A stretch of DNA of 64,000 nucleotides from an uncultured Chloroflexia bacterium (lineage in GTDB: Bacteria; Chloroflexota; Limnocylindria; Limnocylindrales; CSP1-4). The DNA lies in assembly GCA_963800275.1 (NCBI GenBank), contig CAWDAI010000006.1:207130-271129 (forward strand), in the 5' to 3' direction. The notes under the pieces are model-generated. The model did not search any database. It was not told where the DNA came from and saw nothing but the letters and a program-made list of their open reading frames with translations. Shown here piece by piece: positions 46,870-55,691 of this stretch. The translations under genes and the position numbers were made by a program. Every line of letters begins with the position of its first letter. Positions within the stretch are counted from its first letter, which is position 1.

Positions 46870-47361
46870 CTAGCAGCGCGAGAGGACGACGAAGGCTGCG
46901 AGCTCGTCGGCCACGCGCTGGGCATCACTCTCCACGTGGGGCGCAGCCTTGCGAGGCTTGGGATTGGTGCGGAAGTCCTCGACCGCCAGGTCCAGGTCGC
47001 CGAGGCGGTACTTGAGCCGCGTCGATGATCGCTCCAGCTCGTCCGCGCGGTCACCGAGGTCGGCATCGTCCAGCTCGTTGTAGGCGGCCACCAGCTTCTC
47101 GAGCTCGATGTCGAGCGCGACCCGGTTGGGCAGCTTGAGCTCGACCGCTCGCAGCGACGCCAGCCGGGTCTCCATCTCCGTCAGGAGCTGACACAGGCCG
47201 GTATCGGGATCAGGGCTCGGCAGCAGCGAAGGGCTCGGGCTCGGGCTCGGTGCGACGACGGACGGGCCGGGAGAAGGACTGCCCGGAGCGCTCCCGCCGC
47301 CACCGCAGGCGCCGACGACGAGTGCGGTCGCAGCGAGGCAGGCAAGGAGACGGTTGGACAC
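46870..47361 (-). CDS. Hypothetical lipoprotein
   Basis: MSNRLLACLAATALVVGACGGGG (lipobox LVVGAC). PSPSPSPS linker. Coiled-coil-like remainder. Confidence 0.5.
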   Translation of the reverse strand: MSNRLLACLAATALVVGACGGGGSAPGSPSPGPSVVAPSPSPSPSLLPSPDPDTGLCQLLTEMETRLASLRAVELKLPNRVALDIELEKLVAAYNELDDADLGDRADELERSSTRLKYRLGDLDLAVEDFRTNPKPRKAAPHVESDAQRVADELAAFVVLSRC

Positions 47362-47444
47362 CCGGACAGTCTCGCAGACGATCGTGGACTCGGCAGTGAT
47401 CGGTCCCCCAGGTGGGCCGTGCGGTTCTGGGTGAAGATGTGCCC

Positions 47445-49076
47445 ATGTGGTCGAAGCGCCCGCCGCGGCTCTCCTCGCCCGCCGCCGGCCTGGTCCTGGT
47501 CCTGCTGCTGGTCACGGCCCTGCTCCCGGCGCCGCTGGCGACACTGGGAGCCGACCCCAGCGTCGCGCCCGAGCCTGCTCCCTCCGCTGCGGCCGCGCTC
47601 TCGACCCCAGGCGAGCGCCAGACGGACGTCAGCGGCACCTGGCGCCGCGTGGCCAACGCGCCATTCGCGTCTGAGCGTGCGTCCGGAGGCTGGACCGGGA
47701 CCGAGGCCATCGTCGTGGCCCAGGGACGGGAGCGCCGGGCGGCGGCCTACGACCCCGTCAGCGATGTGTGGAGGAGGATCGCCCGACCTCCGCGGCCGAT
47801 GGCGAGCGGCACCCGCGCCGAATGGACCGGCAGCGAGCTGCTCTTCGTCGAGGAGGACGCGGGCTCGGGAGACGGCCTCCTGGCCTACGCTCCCGCTTCC
47901 GACAGCTGGCGCGCGACGGCGCCGGCACCGGTCACCGATATCTCGTCGGCAGCCATGGTGGGGGCCACGCTCGTCACGCTCGCGTCCGACGGGTCGGCAG
48001 CGAGCTACGACCCCGCCGTGGACGCCTGGACGGCGCTGCCGCCGCTCGAGCAAGCCGTCCTCCTGGCGGCGGGGGACGAAGTCCTGGCGCTGACCGGGGA
48101 CGTGACGCTTGCCGTCCGCCGTCTCGACCTGCTGGCGAACAGCTGGAGCGGTCCGTCGGCAGGACCGCTCGCCGAGTCCAGCGCCCCGCCGGTCTGGGTC
48201 GGCGACGCGCTCGTGTTCCTGTCCCGGCCCCTCGACCCGGACGCGGATGGCACGGGCCTGGCGCGCGACGGGCGGTACGACCCCGCGACCGACACGTGGT
48301 CGCTCACCGAGAACCCCTGCGGGCTCGACACGTCCGAGGCGGTCCGGACCGGCGCACTCATCCTGTCGATGGGGCAGCGGCTGGCGTTCGACCCGGCCTC
48401 GGAGACCTGCCAGGACCTGCCGGCGCCGCCGTGGCCGTCACGCAAGCGATCGCTGCGGATCTGGACCGGCGAGGAAGCCATCGAGTGGTCCGGCCGCAGC
48501 GGCAAGCAGGGCCAAGCGCGCCGTGATGGGATCGCCTATCGGCCGGTTCCGGCGGAGGGTGCGCGAGGGGCGATCGTGGACCAGGCGGCGCGGCCGGTGC
48601 GGGTGCGGATCCCGTCGCTGGACATCGATCTGCCGGTGGTCTCGCTCGAGCGACGAGTGAAGGGTGCGACGCCCGGCTACCCCGCCTGCGACGTGGCCTT
48701 CTTCTGGCCGGTGTTCGACCTGCCCGGCGCGCCCGGCACCACCTGGATCCTGGCCCACGCCCAGGAGGGCATGTTCCTGCCGCTTCTCGACACGGCCCGA
48801 CGACTCGGCCCTGACAGCCTGCTCGGCCGCAAGGTGGAGCTGCAGCTGCGCGACGGCCGCCTTTTCACCTACCGCACCTATCGCGTGAAGCGGCGCGCGG
48901 ACAACTACGACCTGGGCCTTGCCACCCAGGGCCGCAAGGACTGGGAGCAGCGACTCGTCCTGCAGACCAGCACCGGCATCGGCAGCGCGCCCAAGCTGCA
49001 GGTCGCAGCGCGCCTGCTGGACGTGGGCACCACCGACGAGCCACGACCCAGGCCGCGTCCGCGCGCCTGCGGCTGA
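47445..49076 (+). CDS. Secreted Kelch-like repeat protein with C-terminal sortase-fold (class E/F-like) domain carrying Cys->Ser at the TLxTC position
   Basis: Signal peptide. Five YDP..D.W-type repeats. C-terminal RVRIPSLDIDLPVV...GTTWILAHAQEG...GRLFTYRTYRV...LVLQTSTG...AARLL parallels the sortase pattern (L.IP.IGV.APV...AGH...TLxTC...R). Confidence 0.5.
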   Translation: MWSKRPPRLSSPAAGLVLVLLLVTALLPAPLATLGADPSVAPEPAPSAAAALSTPGERQTDVSGTWRRVANAPFASERASGGWTGTEAIVVAQGRERRAAAYDPVSDVWRRIARPPRPMASGTRAEWTGSELLFVEEDAGSGDGLLAYAPASDSWRATAPAPVTDISSAAMVGATLVTLASDGSAASYDPAVDAWTALPPLEQAVLLAAGDEVLALTGDVTLAVRRLDLLANSWSGPSAGPLAESSAPPVWVGDALVFLSRPLDPDADGTGLARDGRYDPATDTWSLTENPCGLDTSEAVRTGALILSMGQRLAFDPASETCQDLPAPPWPSRKRSLRIWTGEEAIEWSGRSGKQGQARRDGIAYRPVPAEGARGAIVDQAARPVRVRIPSLDIDLPVVSLERRVKGATPGYPACDVAFFWPVFDLPGAPGTTWILAHAQEGMFLPLLDTARRLGPDSLLGRKVELQLRDGRLFTYRTYRVKRRADNYDLGLATQGRKDWEQRLVLQTSTGIGSAPKLQVAARLLDVGTTDEPRPRPRPRACG

Positions 49077-49136
49077 GCGCTGCGGGCTCCATCATAGGCG
49101 GGCCCCCGATGGACCCAGCCAGGAGTTGAGAGAGAC

Positions 49137-50052
49137 ATGCTACTGATCACCATCGTGCTCATCGTCGTCGGCATCGCGCTGATCGTGGCCGGCATCGCCA
49201 TCGTGGCCCAGGCCCTCAGCACCCGCAGTGGGGGCCTGACCGTGGGCAAGGCGGCGCTCGCGGTGGCCTCGGTCGCCCTTGGGGTCGTCGTCTCGGTGGG
49301 CGCCCTCGGCCTGAACGAGATCGGACCCGGGCCAGGTCGGCGTCAAGATCCGTTTCGGCCAACCGCAGGAAGGCACGCATGCCTCGGGACTCAGGCTGGT
49401 TCCCCTGGTCGAGACCGCCATGGTCTACGATGGGCGCGTGCAGGCCTACAACTTCGAGGGCATCGCGGGGGCCACCAAGGACCTCCAGCCGGTGAAGCTG
49501 TCCGGGCTCATCAACTACCACATCGACGGCGCGCAAGGCGGACAAGGTCCTGCAGGACATCGGCGGCCCCGACCGATTACGCGGCGAAGGTCTTCCTGCG
49601 GCCGGCCAACACCGCGCTCAAGGAGATCACCCGCGATACAACGCGGCCGAGGTCATCGGCAAGCGCGACGAGATCGGGCAGCTGACGCTGAGCGCGCTGC
49701 AGGAACGCATGGACCCGTTCAACATCATCGTGGATCGCGTGTCGGTGGAGAACGTCATCCTCAACGAGGCCTTCCTGAGTCGGTGGAGGCCAAGCAGATC
49801 GCCCAGCAGGACCAGGAGCGCGCGACCTTCGAGAAGCAGCGCCAGGTGACGCTGGCACAGGCGGACGCCGAGGCCACCATCGAGCGGGCCCGGGGCCAGG
49901 CGCAAGCGAATGACCTCATCAACAACAGCCTGACCGAGAACCTGCTGCGCTGGCAGACGATCCAGCAGCTGGCCGACAACATCCGGGTCATGCTGCTGCC
50001 CTCGGACCAGAACTTCATCCTCGACACGAGCGGCATGCAGCTGGACGAGTGA
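49137..50052 (+). pseudogene. SPFH/band-7 (prohibitin/HflC-like) gene disrupted by multiple frameshifts
   Basis: N-terminal TM helix (frame 0). GQVGVKIRFGQPQEGTHASGLRLVPLVETAMVYDGRVQAYNFEGIAGATKD (frame 1). Further SPFH-like segments (TDYAAKVFLRPANTALKEITRD, YNAAEVIGKRDEIGQLTLSALQERMDPFNIIVDRVSVENV, EAKQIAQQDQERATFEKQRQ...) alternate between frames. At least four shifts in 0.9 kb. Confidence 0.6.
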
Positions 50053-50083
50053 CTGCCGGCTGACAGCGTGGCTGCCAACGCGG

Positions 50084-50503
50084 ATGGTCTCGTGGCCACG
50101 ACTTCACATCTACCCAGGGGGAGGCAATGCCGCCGCTGAAGGCTCCCGAGTCCACAAAGCTCGCCCGCACGCGTCTTGGGCCCTCGCTCAAGGCCGCCGG
50201 GTTCAAGCGAACGCCCAAGGCAGCGCCCGCCAGCTGGTCGAACTCCGACACCACCAGAACCAGGCCATCGCGAAGCTGCCGCCGCCCGACATGCGGTTCA
50301 TCGGCGGCCTGCCTCCGAGCACGCAGGAGCACGTTGTGGAAGGGTGGCGCCCACGGACCAACCCGTATGGCCGCGGTGGTGAGGACATCTGGATGAGGCA
50401 GGGCAGCCGAGAGGACGTGGAAGCGCTCCTCGACTTCAGCTCGGCGCAGTTGCCGGACGTGATCGAGACGTTCATCTCGCAAGCCCGCGCCACCGCCTCC
50501 TGA
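50084..50503 (+). CDS. Hypothetical protein, possibly frameshifted (two overlapping ORFs 50127..50396 and 50084..50503)
   Basis: MPPLKAPESTKLARTRLGPSLKAAGFKRTPK (one frame) continues plausibly as ...QLVELRHHQNQAIAKLPPPDMRFIGGLPPSTQEHVVEGW...EALLDFSSAQLPDVIETFISQARATAS in the other. No family recognized. Confidence 0.25.
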   Translation: MVSWPRLHIYPGGGNAAAEGSRVHKARPHASWALAQGRRVQANAQGSARQLVELRHHQNQAIAKLPPPDMRFIGGLPPSTQEHVVEGWRPRTNPYGRGGEDIWMRQGSREDVEALLDFSSAQLPDVIETFISQARATAS

Positions 50504-50714
50504 CCGCCAGTGGGACCATCCGAGCGATCGCCTTTCCGCTGCTTCCTCGTCGATGACGGCCTGCGCATCGGGGCCGGCGTGCGCTAGACCCGGCCGTTTC
50601 GGACCGGGGACCCGCGGAGGCACCTGGGGGTCCCGACCGGCAGGGCCACTCGGCCTTGACCACGCCTGGTGGGACCGGGACCATGGGCTCGAGCGCACGA
50701 ACGGGAGGGACCTG

Positions 50715-51836
50715 ATGCCAGCATCCACGAACCCACACCGGGTCAGCACACAGCGGTGGCTCAGCGCCGCCCTGGCCACGCTGCTGGCCCTGGCCACGCT
50801 GCTGACGCTCGAGGCCGCCCCGGTCGCAGCCGCCGGCAAGACCTGCCGGGTGCGCGACACCAGCAGCGGTGCGGTCTACGGCCGGCTCCAGCAGGCCGTC
50901 TACCGTGCCCGGCCCGGCAGCACGCTGGTGCTGAAGGGCACCTGCGCCGGCCAGACCATCATCGGCAAGCGGCTCACGATCGTGGGCGTCAGGACCGCGC
51001 GGCTCGGGCGCCCGACGCTCGACGGCCAGCGCTGGAAGTCCCCGGGCAGGCCCGTCCTGACCGTCAAGGCCAGGGCCTCGGTCGGCCTGCGCGACCTCGA
51101 GATCGTGCGCGGCGAACGAGCCATCGTGAATCGTGGTCGCCTGTGGCTGCGGGCTGTCACCATCCGCCACAACACCGGGCTCGCGGTGACCAACGTCGGG
51201 ACCCTGGTCACGAACGGGCACACCCGCATCGTCGACAACGACACCGCTCGCACGCTCGTTAACCGGGGCACGATGCGGCTGCGCGGTAGCACCGCCATCC
51301 ACGACAACCAGCTCTTCCACGGCGTCTCGGCCACGGTCATCAACCGCGGCGCGCTCGTCTTCGACGACCGGGCCAGCCTCTCGCGACAGGGACCGGTCGA
51401 CAACGCCGGCAGGCTGGTCATGCGGGGGACGAGCGCCATCCACCACACCTGGACGACCTCGTGTGTGAACGTCACCTGCGAGGCCTCCGGCGATCCCGGG
51501 GCCGGGGTCCGCAATAGCGGCACGCTCCGGCTCGAGGAGCGGTCCAGCATCCACCACGCGGTGGTACGCGACGACACCCCCCAAGGCAGTTACAGCGACC
51601 CGCCCGGTAGCTACCCACCGGCGCGGGGTGGCGGCGTCTACAACGCGGGCACCCTGGTCATGCAGGACGACAGCAGCATCCACGACAACGCCGCCAAGAC
51701 CCTGTTCGGCGGCACCGTGGCCGGTCAGGGTGGCGGTGTCTACGACGCGCCCGGCGGTGTCCTCGTGGGCGTGCGCTGCACCGGTCCCGATGCCAACGTC
51801 TTCGACAACGCACCGGACGACTGCTCCGCGCCGTAG
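50715..51836 (+). CDS. Secreted right-handed parallel beta-helix repeat protein
   Basis: Signal peptide after internal ATG (MPASTNPHRVSTQRWLSAALATLLALATLLTLEAAPVAAA). Repeated N.GTL...T.I.DN / IHDN / IHHA beta-helix-like repeats. Confidence 0.5.
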   Translation: MPASTNPHRVSTQRWLSAALATLLALATLLTLEAAPVAAAGKTCRVRDTSSGAVYGRLQQAVYRARPGSTLVLKGTCAGQTIIGKRLTIVGVRTARLGRPTLDGQRWKSPGRPVLTVKARASVGLRDLEIVRGERAIVNRGRLWLRAVTIRHNTGLAVTNVGTLVTNGHTRIVDNDTARTLVNRGTMRLRGSTAIHDNQLFHGVSATVINRGALVFDDRASLSRQGPVDNAGRLVMRGTSAIHHTWTTSCVNVTCEASGDPGAGVRNSGTLRLEERSSIHHAVVRDDTPQGSYSDPPGSYPPARGGGVYNAGTLVMQDDSSIHDNAAKTLFGGTVAGQGGGVYDAPGGVLVGVRCTGPDANVFDNAPDDCSAP

Positions 51837-51936
51837 GGATCGCCGGGTGGCCGAGTTCCAATGCAGCTATCGACTGGCCACCCGGCAATTCCGCTCGGTG
51901 TCCGGCAGAAGTGACCGCCGGCTGACGGCGGGAAGG

Positions 51937-52012
51937 TGGTGGAGATGAGGGGACTCGAACCCCTGGCCTCTGCGATGCGAACGCAGCGCTCTCCCAGCTG
52001 AGCTACATCCCC
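51937..52012 (-). tRNA. tRNA-Ala (anticodon CGC), CCA encoded
   Basis: Reverse complement GGGGATGTAGCTCAGCTGGGAGAGCGCTGCGTTCGCATCGCAGAGGCCAGGGGTTCGAGTCCCCTCATCTCCACCA. G3:U70. Anticodon loop TT-CGC-AT. Confidence 0.85.
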
Positions 52013-52120
52013 ACTGAGCGTGGCCGAAGCCACCGGCGGGCGAAAGTATACCCCGCCTCGTGCGACCGCTCCGCGCTGTCTGCCTGGAGCCATCGGCCTA
52101 CCAGCCATGCAGTAGCATCG

Positions 52121-52924
52121 ATGGCCTACCAGCACACCAAAGGGGTCCGTGTCGTGTTCTGGCCAGTCTGGTTCGTCTATAAGCTGTCGAGGCGCCTGTG
52201 GCTCCTGCTCGCCGCAGCCAGCGCCGGGTTCGCGGCCGGTCTGCTCCTGCAGGCCCGGGCTGAGCAGCGAAGCTGGGCCGTGGTGCGGGCCGATGCCGAG
52301 CGGCAGCTGGTGGGAGATGACCTCATTCCCGCAGCCGACACGGTCGACACCCGCAGCCTGCGGATCGAAGCCCCGCCGGAGCGGGTCTGGCCATGGATCG
52401 TGCAGATGGGCTGGGGACGTGGCGGCTGGTATTCGTACGACAAGCTGGACATGGACCGGCCCAGTGCCCAGACCATCCTTGAGGAGTTCCAGGACCTGTC
52501 CCCGGGCCAGACCGTGCCGATGTACCCCGAGGGTGGGTTCGAGGCACGTGCCGTGGATCCGCAAAAGGCGCTCGTCCTCTACCTCGACACCGAGCTGGTG
52601 CGGGCCCAGGACGCGGCCGCGCAGGACGACCGCACGGCCGCTGGAGCAGCGACGGCGGGTCCGCACATGGGCCTCGAGGCCGCGGGCGCGATGAGCGAGC
52701 TGACGATGCCCGACTTCCGGGTCAGCTGGGCCTTCGTGCTGGAGCCTGCTGCCGGCGGTGGTACACGACTCATCGAGCGCCTGCGCCTGTGGACCGCGCC
52801 GGGCGGCGTGGCGCAGCGTCTGGGCCTGCCGTTCGTGGGACTCGGTGTCTTCCTCATGACTCGCAAGCACATGCTCGGCCTCAAGGAACGAGCCGAGCGC
52901 CACGCACCGACCGGGGAGGTCTAG
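52121..52924 (+). CDS. SRPBCC-superfamily protein (polyketide-cyclase/START-like), paralog 1
   Basis: PERVWPWIVQMGWGRGGWYSYDKLD motif. N-terminal TM segment. Confidence 0.55.
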   Translation: MAYQHTKGVRVVFWPVWFVYKLSRRLWLLLAAASAGFAAGLLLQARAEQRSWAVVRADAERQLVGDDLIPAADTVDTRSLRIEAPPERVWPWIVQMGWGRGGWYSYDKLDMDRPSAQTILEEFQDLSPGQTVPMYPEGGFEARAVDPQKALVLYLDTELVRAQDAAAQDDRTAAGAATAGPHMGLEAAGAMSELTMPDFRVSWAFVLEPAAGGGTRLIERLRLWTAPGGVAQRLGLPFVGLGVFLMTRKHMLGLKERAERHAPTGEV

Positions 52925-52927
52925 CCC

Positions 52928-53701
52928 ATGTTCCGGCTGCTCAGATCCAACTTCAAGACCATCGTGCTCCTGCAGCTGCTGGCGCTGGCCTTCAGCGCGG
53001 GCATGGGCGCGGCCTACGTCCTTCAGCTCCGCCGGCACTACGGCAGTTGGGGCAAGGCCCACGGCGAGGACGCGCGAGCCATGGCCGGTGACGACCTGGT
53101 GGCCGCTCCCGATCTGGTCGAGACCCGCTCCATCGATATCGATGCCGCGCCCGACGAGGTCTGGCCCTGGCTGGCACAGCTGGGCTATGGGCGGGGCGGC
53201 TGGTACAGCTTCCCGGTGCTCGACCGCCCGTGGGCGCCCAGCGGCGGCCCCACTCGTCGCAGCGCCGACGAGATCCTACCCCAGTTCGGCACTCTCGCCG
53301 AAGGCGACATCGTGCCCACCCAGACGGGCGCCGGCTTCATCGCCCGCGCGGTGCAGCCGGGGCAGGCTCTGCTGCTGTACCTCGACGACGAGATCACCCG
53401 AGAGCAGTTGCGCGAGGTCGCGGAGGCCGCTGCCGACATGGACAGCGACGAGGCTTTCGAAGGTGCGGGCGCAGACCTGGAGCTGACCGACCAGGTCCCG
53501 CCCTACCAGGTCACCTTCGCCTACGAGCTGGAGTCGCTGCCAGGTGGGCGAACCCGGCTGACCGAGCGCCTGCGAGTGCACCTGGAGGCGAGCGAACAGC
53601 AGTGGCGCCTGCGGCCTGCCTTGGTGCTGGCCCTGTTCGCCTTCATGCGCTGTCAGCTGCTGGGCATCAAGCGTCGCGCCGAGGGCTTGGAGAGGGACTG
53701 A
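52928..53701 (+). CDS. SRPBCC-superfamily protein, paralog 2
   Basis: PDEVWPWLAQLGYGRGGWYSFPVLD. Same architecture as paralog 1, 4 nt downstream of it. Confidence 0.55.
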   Translation: MFRLLRSNFKTIVLLQLLALAFSAGMGAAYVLQLRRHYGSWGKAHGEDARAMAGDDLVAAPDLVETRSIDIDAAPDEVWPWLAQLGYGRGGWYSFPVLDRPWAPSGGPTRRSADEILPQFGTLAEGDIVPTQTGAGFIARAVQPGQALLLYLDDEITREQLREVAEAAADMDSDEAFEGAGADLELTDQVPPYQVTFAYELESLPGGRTRLTERLRVHLEASEQQWRLRPALVLALFAFMRCQLLGIKRRAEGLERD

Positions 53702-53710
53702 GCGAGCGGC

Positions 53711-54895
53711 TCAGCGACCGCTGCCGGGCAGTGATGGGCCTGCCGGCAGGCTGAACCAGAAACGCGTCAGCCCGGAGCTCGATTCGGCACCCACGCGGCC
53801 ACCCCAGCCCTCTACCAGCTGCTTGACGATGGCCAGCCCGATGCCGGCGCCACCGCGTGCCCGGTCACGTGATTTCTCCACGCGATAGAAGCGCTCGAAG
53901 AGGCGCGGCAGGTCCTCGGCCGGGATGGACTCGCCGCTGTTGGTGATGCTCACGAGCAGGGTGTCGTCGCGCTGCTCGGCCGCCAGCACGACGGTCCCAC
54001 CCGCGGCCGCATAGCGGGCCGCGTTCTGCAGCAGGTTGGCCAGCACCTGGGCCAGCTGATCGGGGTCGGCTCGTGCGGGCAGGGCTCGCGGCCAGTGCCG
54101 TTCGAGGCGCAGGCGGCGGGCATCGAAGGTGGGGCGCGCCAGCTCGGCCGCGGCCGTCATGATCGCGGCCAGGTCGACATCGAGCGGGTGCGCGGGCTTG
54201 CCCGCCGCATCGCCCTGAGCCAGGTCGTCGAGCGAGCGAGCCAGCCGCACCAGGCGCTCGGTCTCCTCCAGCAGTGATTCGTAGGTGCTCGCCTCGGGCC
54301 TGATGACACCGTCCCGGATGGCCTCGACATAGCCCTCCAGGTTGGTCAGGGGCGTGCGCAGCTCGTGGGCCGTGTTGGCGATGATGTCGCGACGCTGGCG
54401 CTCGCTCTCCTCCAGCTCGGCCGCCATCTGGTTGAAGGAATCGGCCAGGCTGGCCAGCTCGTCGGGCGCGGCCCGGGGCACGCGGATGGCGAGGTCGCCC
54501 GCGGCCAGACGTCGAGCGGCGGCGCCGACCTCCGCCAGCGGCCGGGCGATCATGCGCGAAAGCACGACGGCCAGGACGATGCTGGCGACGACGGCCACGC
54601 CGATGGCCAGGAAGAGCAGCTCCCGCACGGAATCGTCGAACATGGCGTAGGCGTGGCTGGTGCTCTCGCCCTGCTCCATGGCCTCCATGAGCACGTGCGC
54701 CAGCTCGTTGCGAAAGGCCCAGATGCCGGCGGCCACGATGCCCACCGTCAGCAGCGTGGAGGCGATGCCGACGAGCGCGATGCGCCAAGCCAGGCCCCGC
54801 CCGAAGGCCGGGCGCTGACCGATCCCCGGTCGAGGGTCGCGGCTCACGGTCTGCTCAGGACTCGTCGAGCGTGGGTGCGGCTCGGTAGCCGACAC
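53711..54895 (-). CDS. Sensor histidine kinase (HAMP-HisKA-HATPase_c)
   Basis: Two TM segments. HAMP (LAEVGAAARRLAAGDL). H-box ANTAHELRTPLTNL. N/G boxes (LLQNAARYA, GGAGIGLAIVKQLVE). Confidence 0.85.
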   Translation of the reverse strand: MSATEPHPRSTSPEQTVSRDPRPGIGQRPAFGRGLAWRIALVGIASTLLTVGIVAAGIWAFRNELAHVLMEAMEQGESTSHAYAMFDDSVRELLFLAIGVAVVASIVLAVVLSRMIARPLAEVGAAARRLAAGDLAIRVPRAAPDELASLADSFNQMAAELEESERQRRDIIANTAHELRTPLTNLEGYVEAIRDGVIRPEASTYESLLEETERLVRLARSLDDLAQGDAAGKPAHPLDVDLAAIMTAAAELARPTFDARRLRLERHWPRALPARADPDQLAQVLANLLQNAARYAAAGGTVVLAAEQRDDTLLVSITNSGESIPAEDLPRLFERFYRVEKSRDRARGGAGIGLAIVKQLVEGWGGRVGAESSSGLTRFWFSLPAGPSLPGSGR

Positions 54896-55622
54896 CGCGC
54901 ACGGTCATGACATAACGGGGTCGATCGGCATCATCCCCGAGCTTCTCGCGTAGGCGGCCGATGTGGACGTCGATGGTCCGGTCGAGCACATCGCCATCGT
55001 CGGAGCCGTACACCGCGTCGAGCAGCTGGTCACGGGTGAGCGCCCGTCCATCGGCTGCGACCAGGGTCACCAGCAGCTTGAACTCGACGGGGGTCAACGG
55101 GATCAGGCTGCCGTCGCGGCGGACCTCGTAGCGCTCCGTGTCGATGCGCAGGTCGTTCTGGGCCAGGACCGCCGGTGTCGCCGACTCCGCGGAGGTGCTC
55201 GATGCCGGACCGCCGGCGCGCCGCAGCACGGCCTTCACGCGCACCACCAGCTCGGCCGGGCTGAAGGGCTTGGGCAGGTAGTCGTCGGCACCCCGCTCGA
55301 GGCCGATGATGCGCTCGGGCAGCGAGCTGCGAGCGGTGAGCATCAGCACCGGCACCTGGCTGTCTGCGCGGAGCAGGCGCATGACCTCGTAGCCATCGAC
55401 CTCCGGCAGCATCAGGTCGAGCACGATGAGCGCGGGATCCTCGGCCCGGGCCTGGCGCAGGGCCTCACGGCCGTCATGGGCGGCGATGACGGTGAAGCCC
55501 TCGCGCTCGAGATAGGCGCGTACGAGGGCCACGATCTTGCGGTCGTCATCGACGACGAGGATGGGCCGAGCGGGGATGGCCGGCTCGGCGTTGGGCGTGA
55601 GGGTAGGCATCAGGCTGTTCAT
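54855..55622 (-). CDS. OmpR-family response regulator
   Basis: Receiver ILVVDDD...DLMLP.. and winged-helix C-terminus ...LTPVEFKLLVTLV...RTIDVHIGRLREKL...YVMTVRGVGYR. Overlaps the kinase gene start. Confidence 0.85.
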   Translation of the reverse strand: MNSLMPTLTPNAEPAIPARPILVVDDDRKIVALVRAYLEREGFTVIAAHDGREALRQARAEDPALIVLDLMLPEVDGYEVMRLLRADSQVPVLMLTARSSLPERIIGLERGADDYLPKPFSPAELVVRVKAVLRRAGGPASSTSAESATPAVLAQNDLRIDTERYEVRRDGSLIPLTPVEFKLLVTLVAADGRALTRDQLLDAVYGSDDGDVLDRTIDVHIGRLREKLGDDADRPRYVMTVRGVGYRAAPTLDES

Positions 55623-55678
55623 GCTAGCGCCGCAGTCTCGCGGGCTTCGGTGACAGCGACGTGACACTTGACGAAATA

Positions 55679-55690
55679 GAACGGATGTTC
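55679..55690. promoter_or_regulatory. Cheo-type LexA (SOS) box upstream of imuA
   Basis: aTAGAACGGATGTTCGAt = GAAC-N4-GTTC palindrome directly upstream of the imuA-like ORF. TTGACG -35-like hexamer ~15 nt upstream. Confidence 0.6.
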
Positions 55691-55691
55691 G

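Noticed and set aside
50503-50715. GGGGACCC...GGGTCCCG inverted repeat upstream of the beta-helix gene
   Set aside because: Single imperfect 7-bp stem with a 13-nt loop. No resemblance to a known riboswitch or attenuator. Probably incidental in GC-rich DNA.
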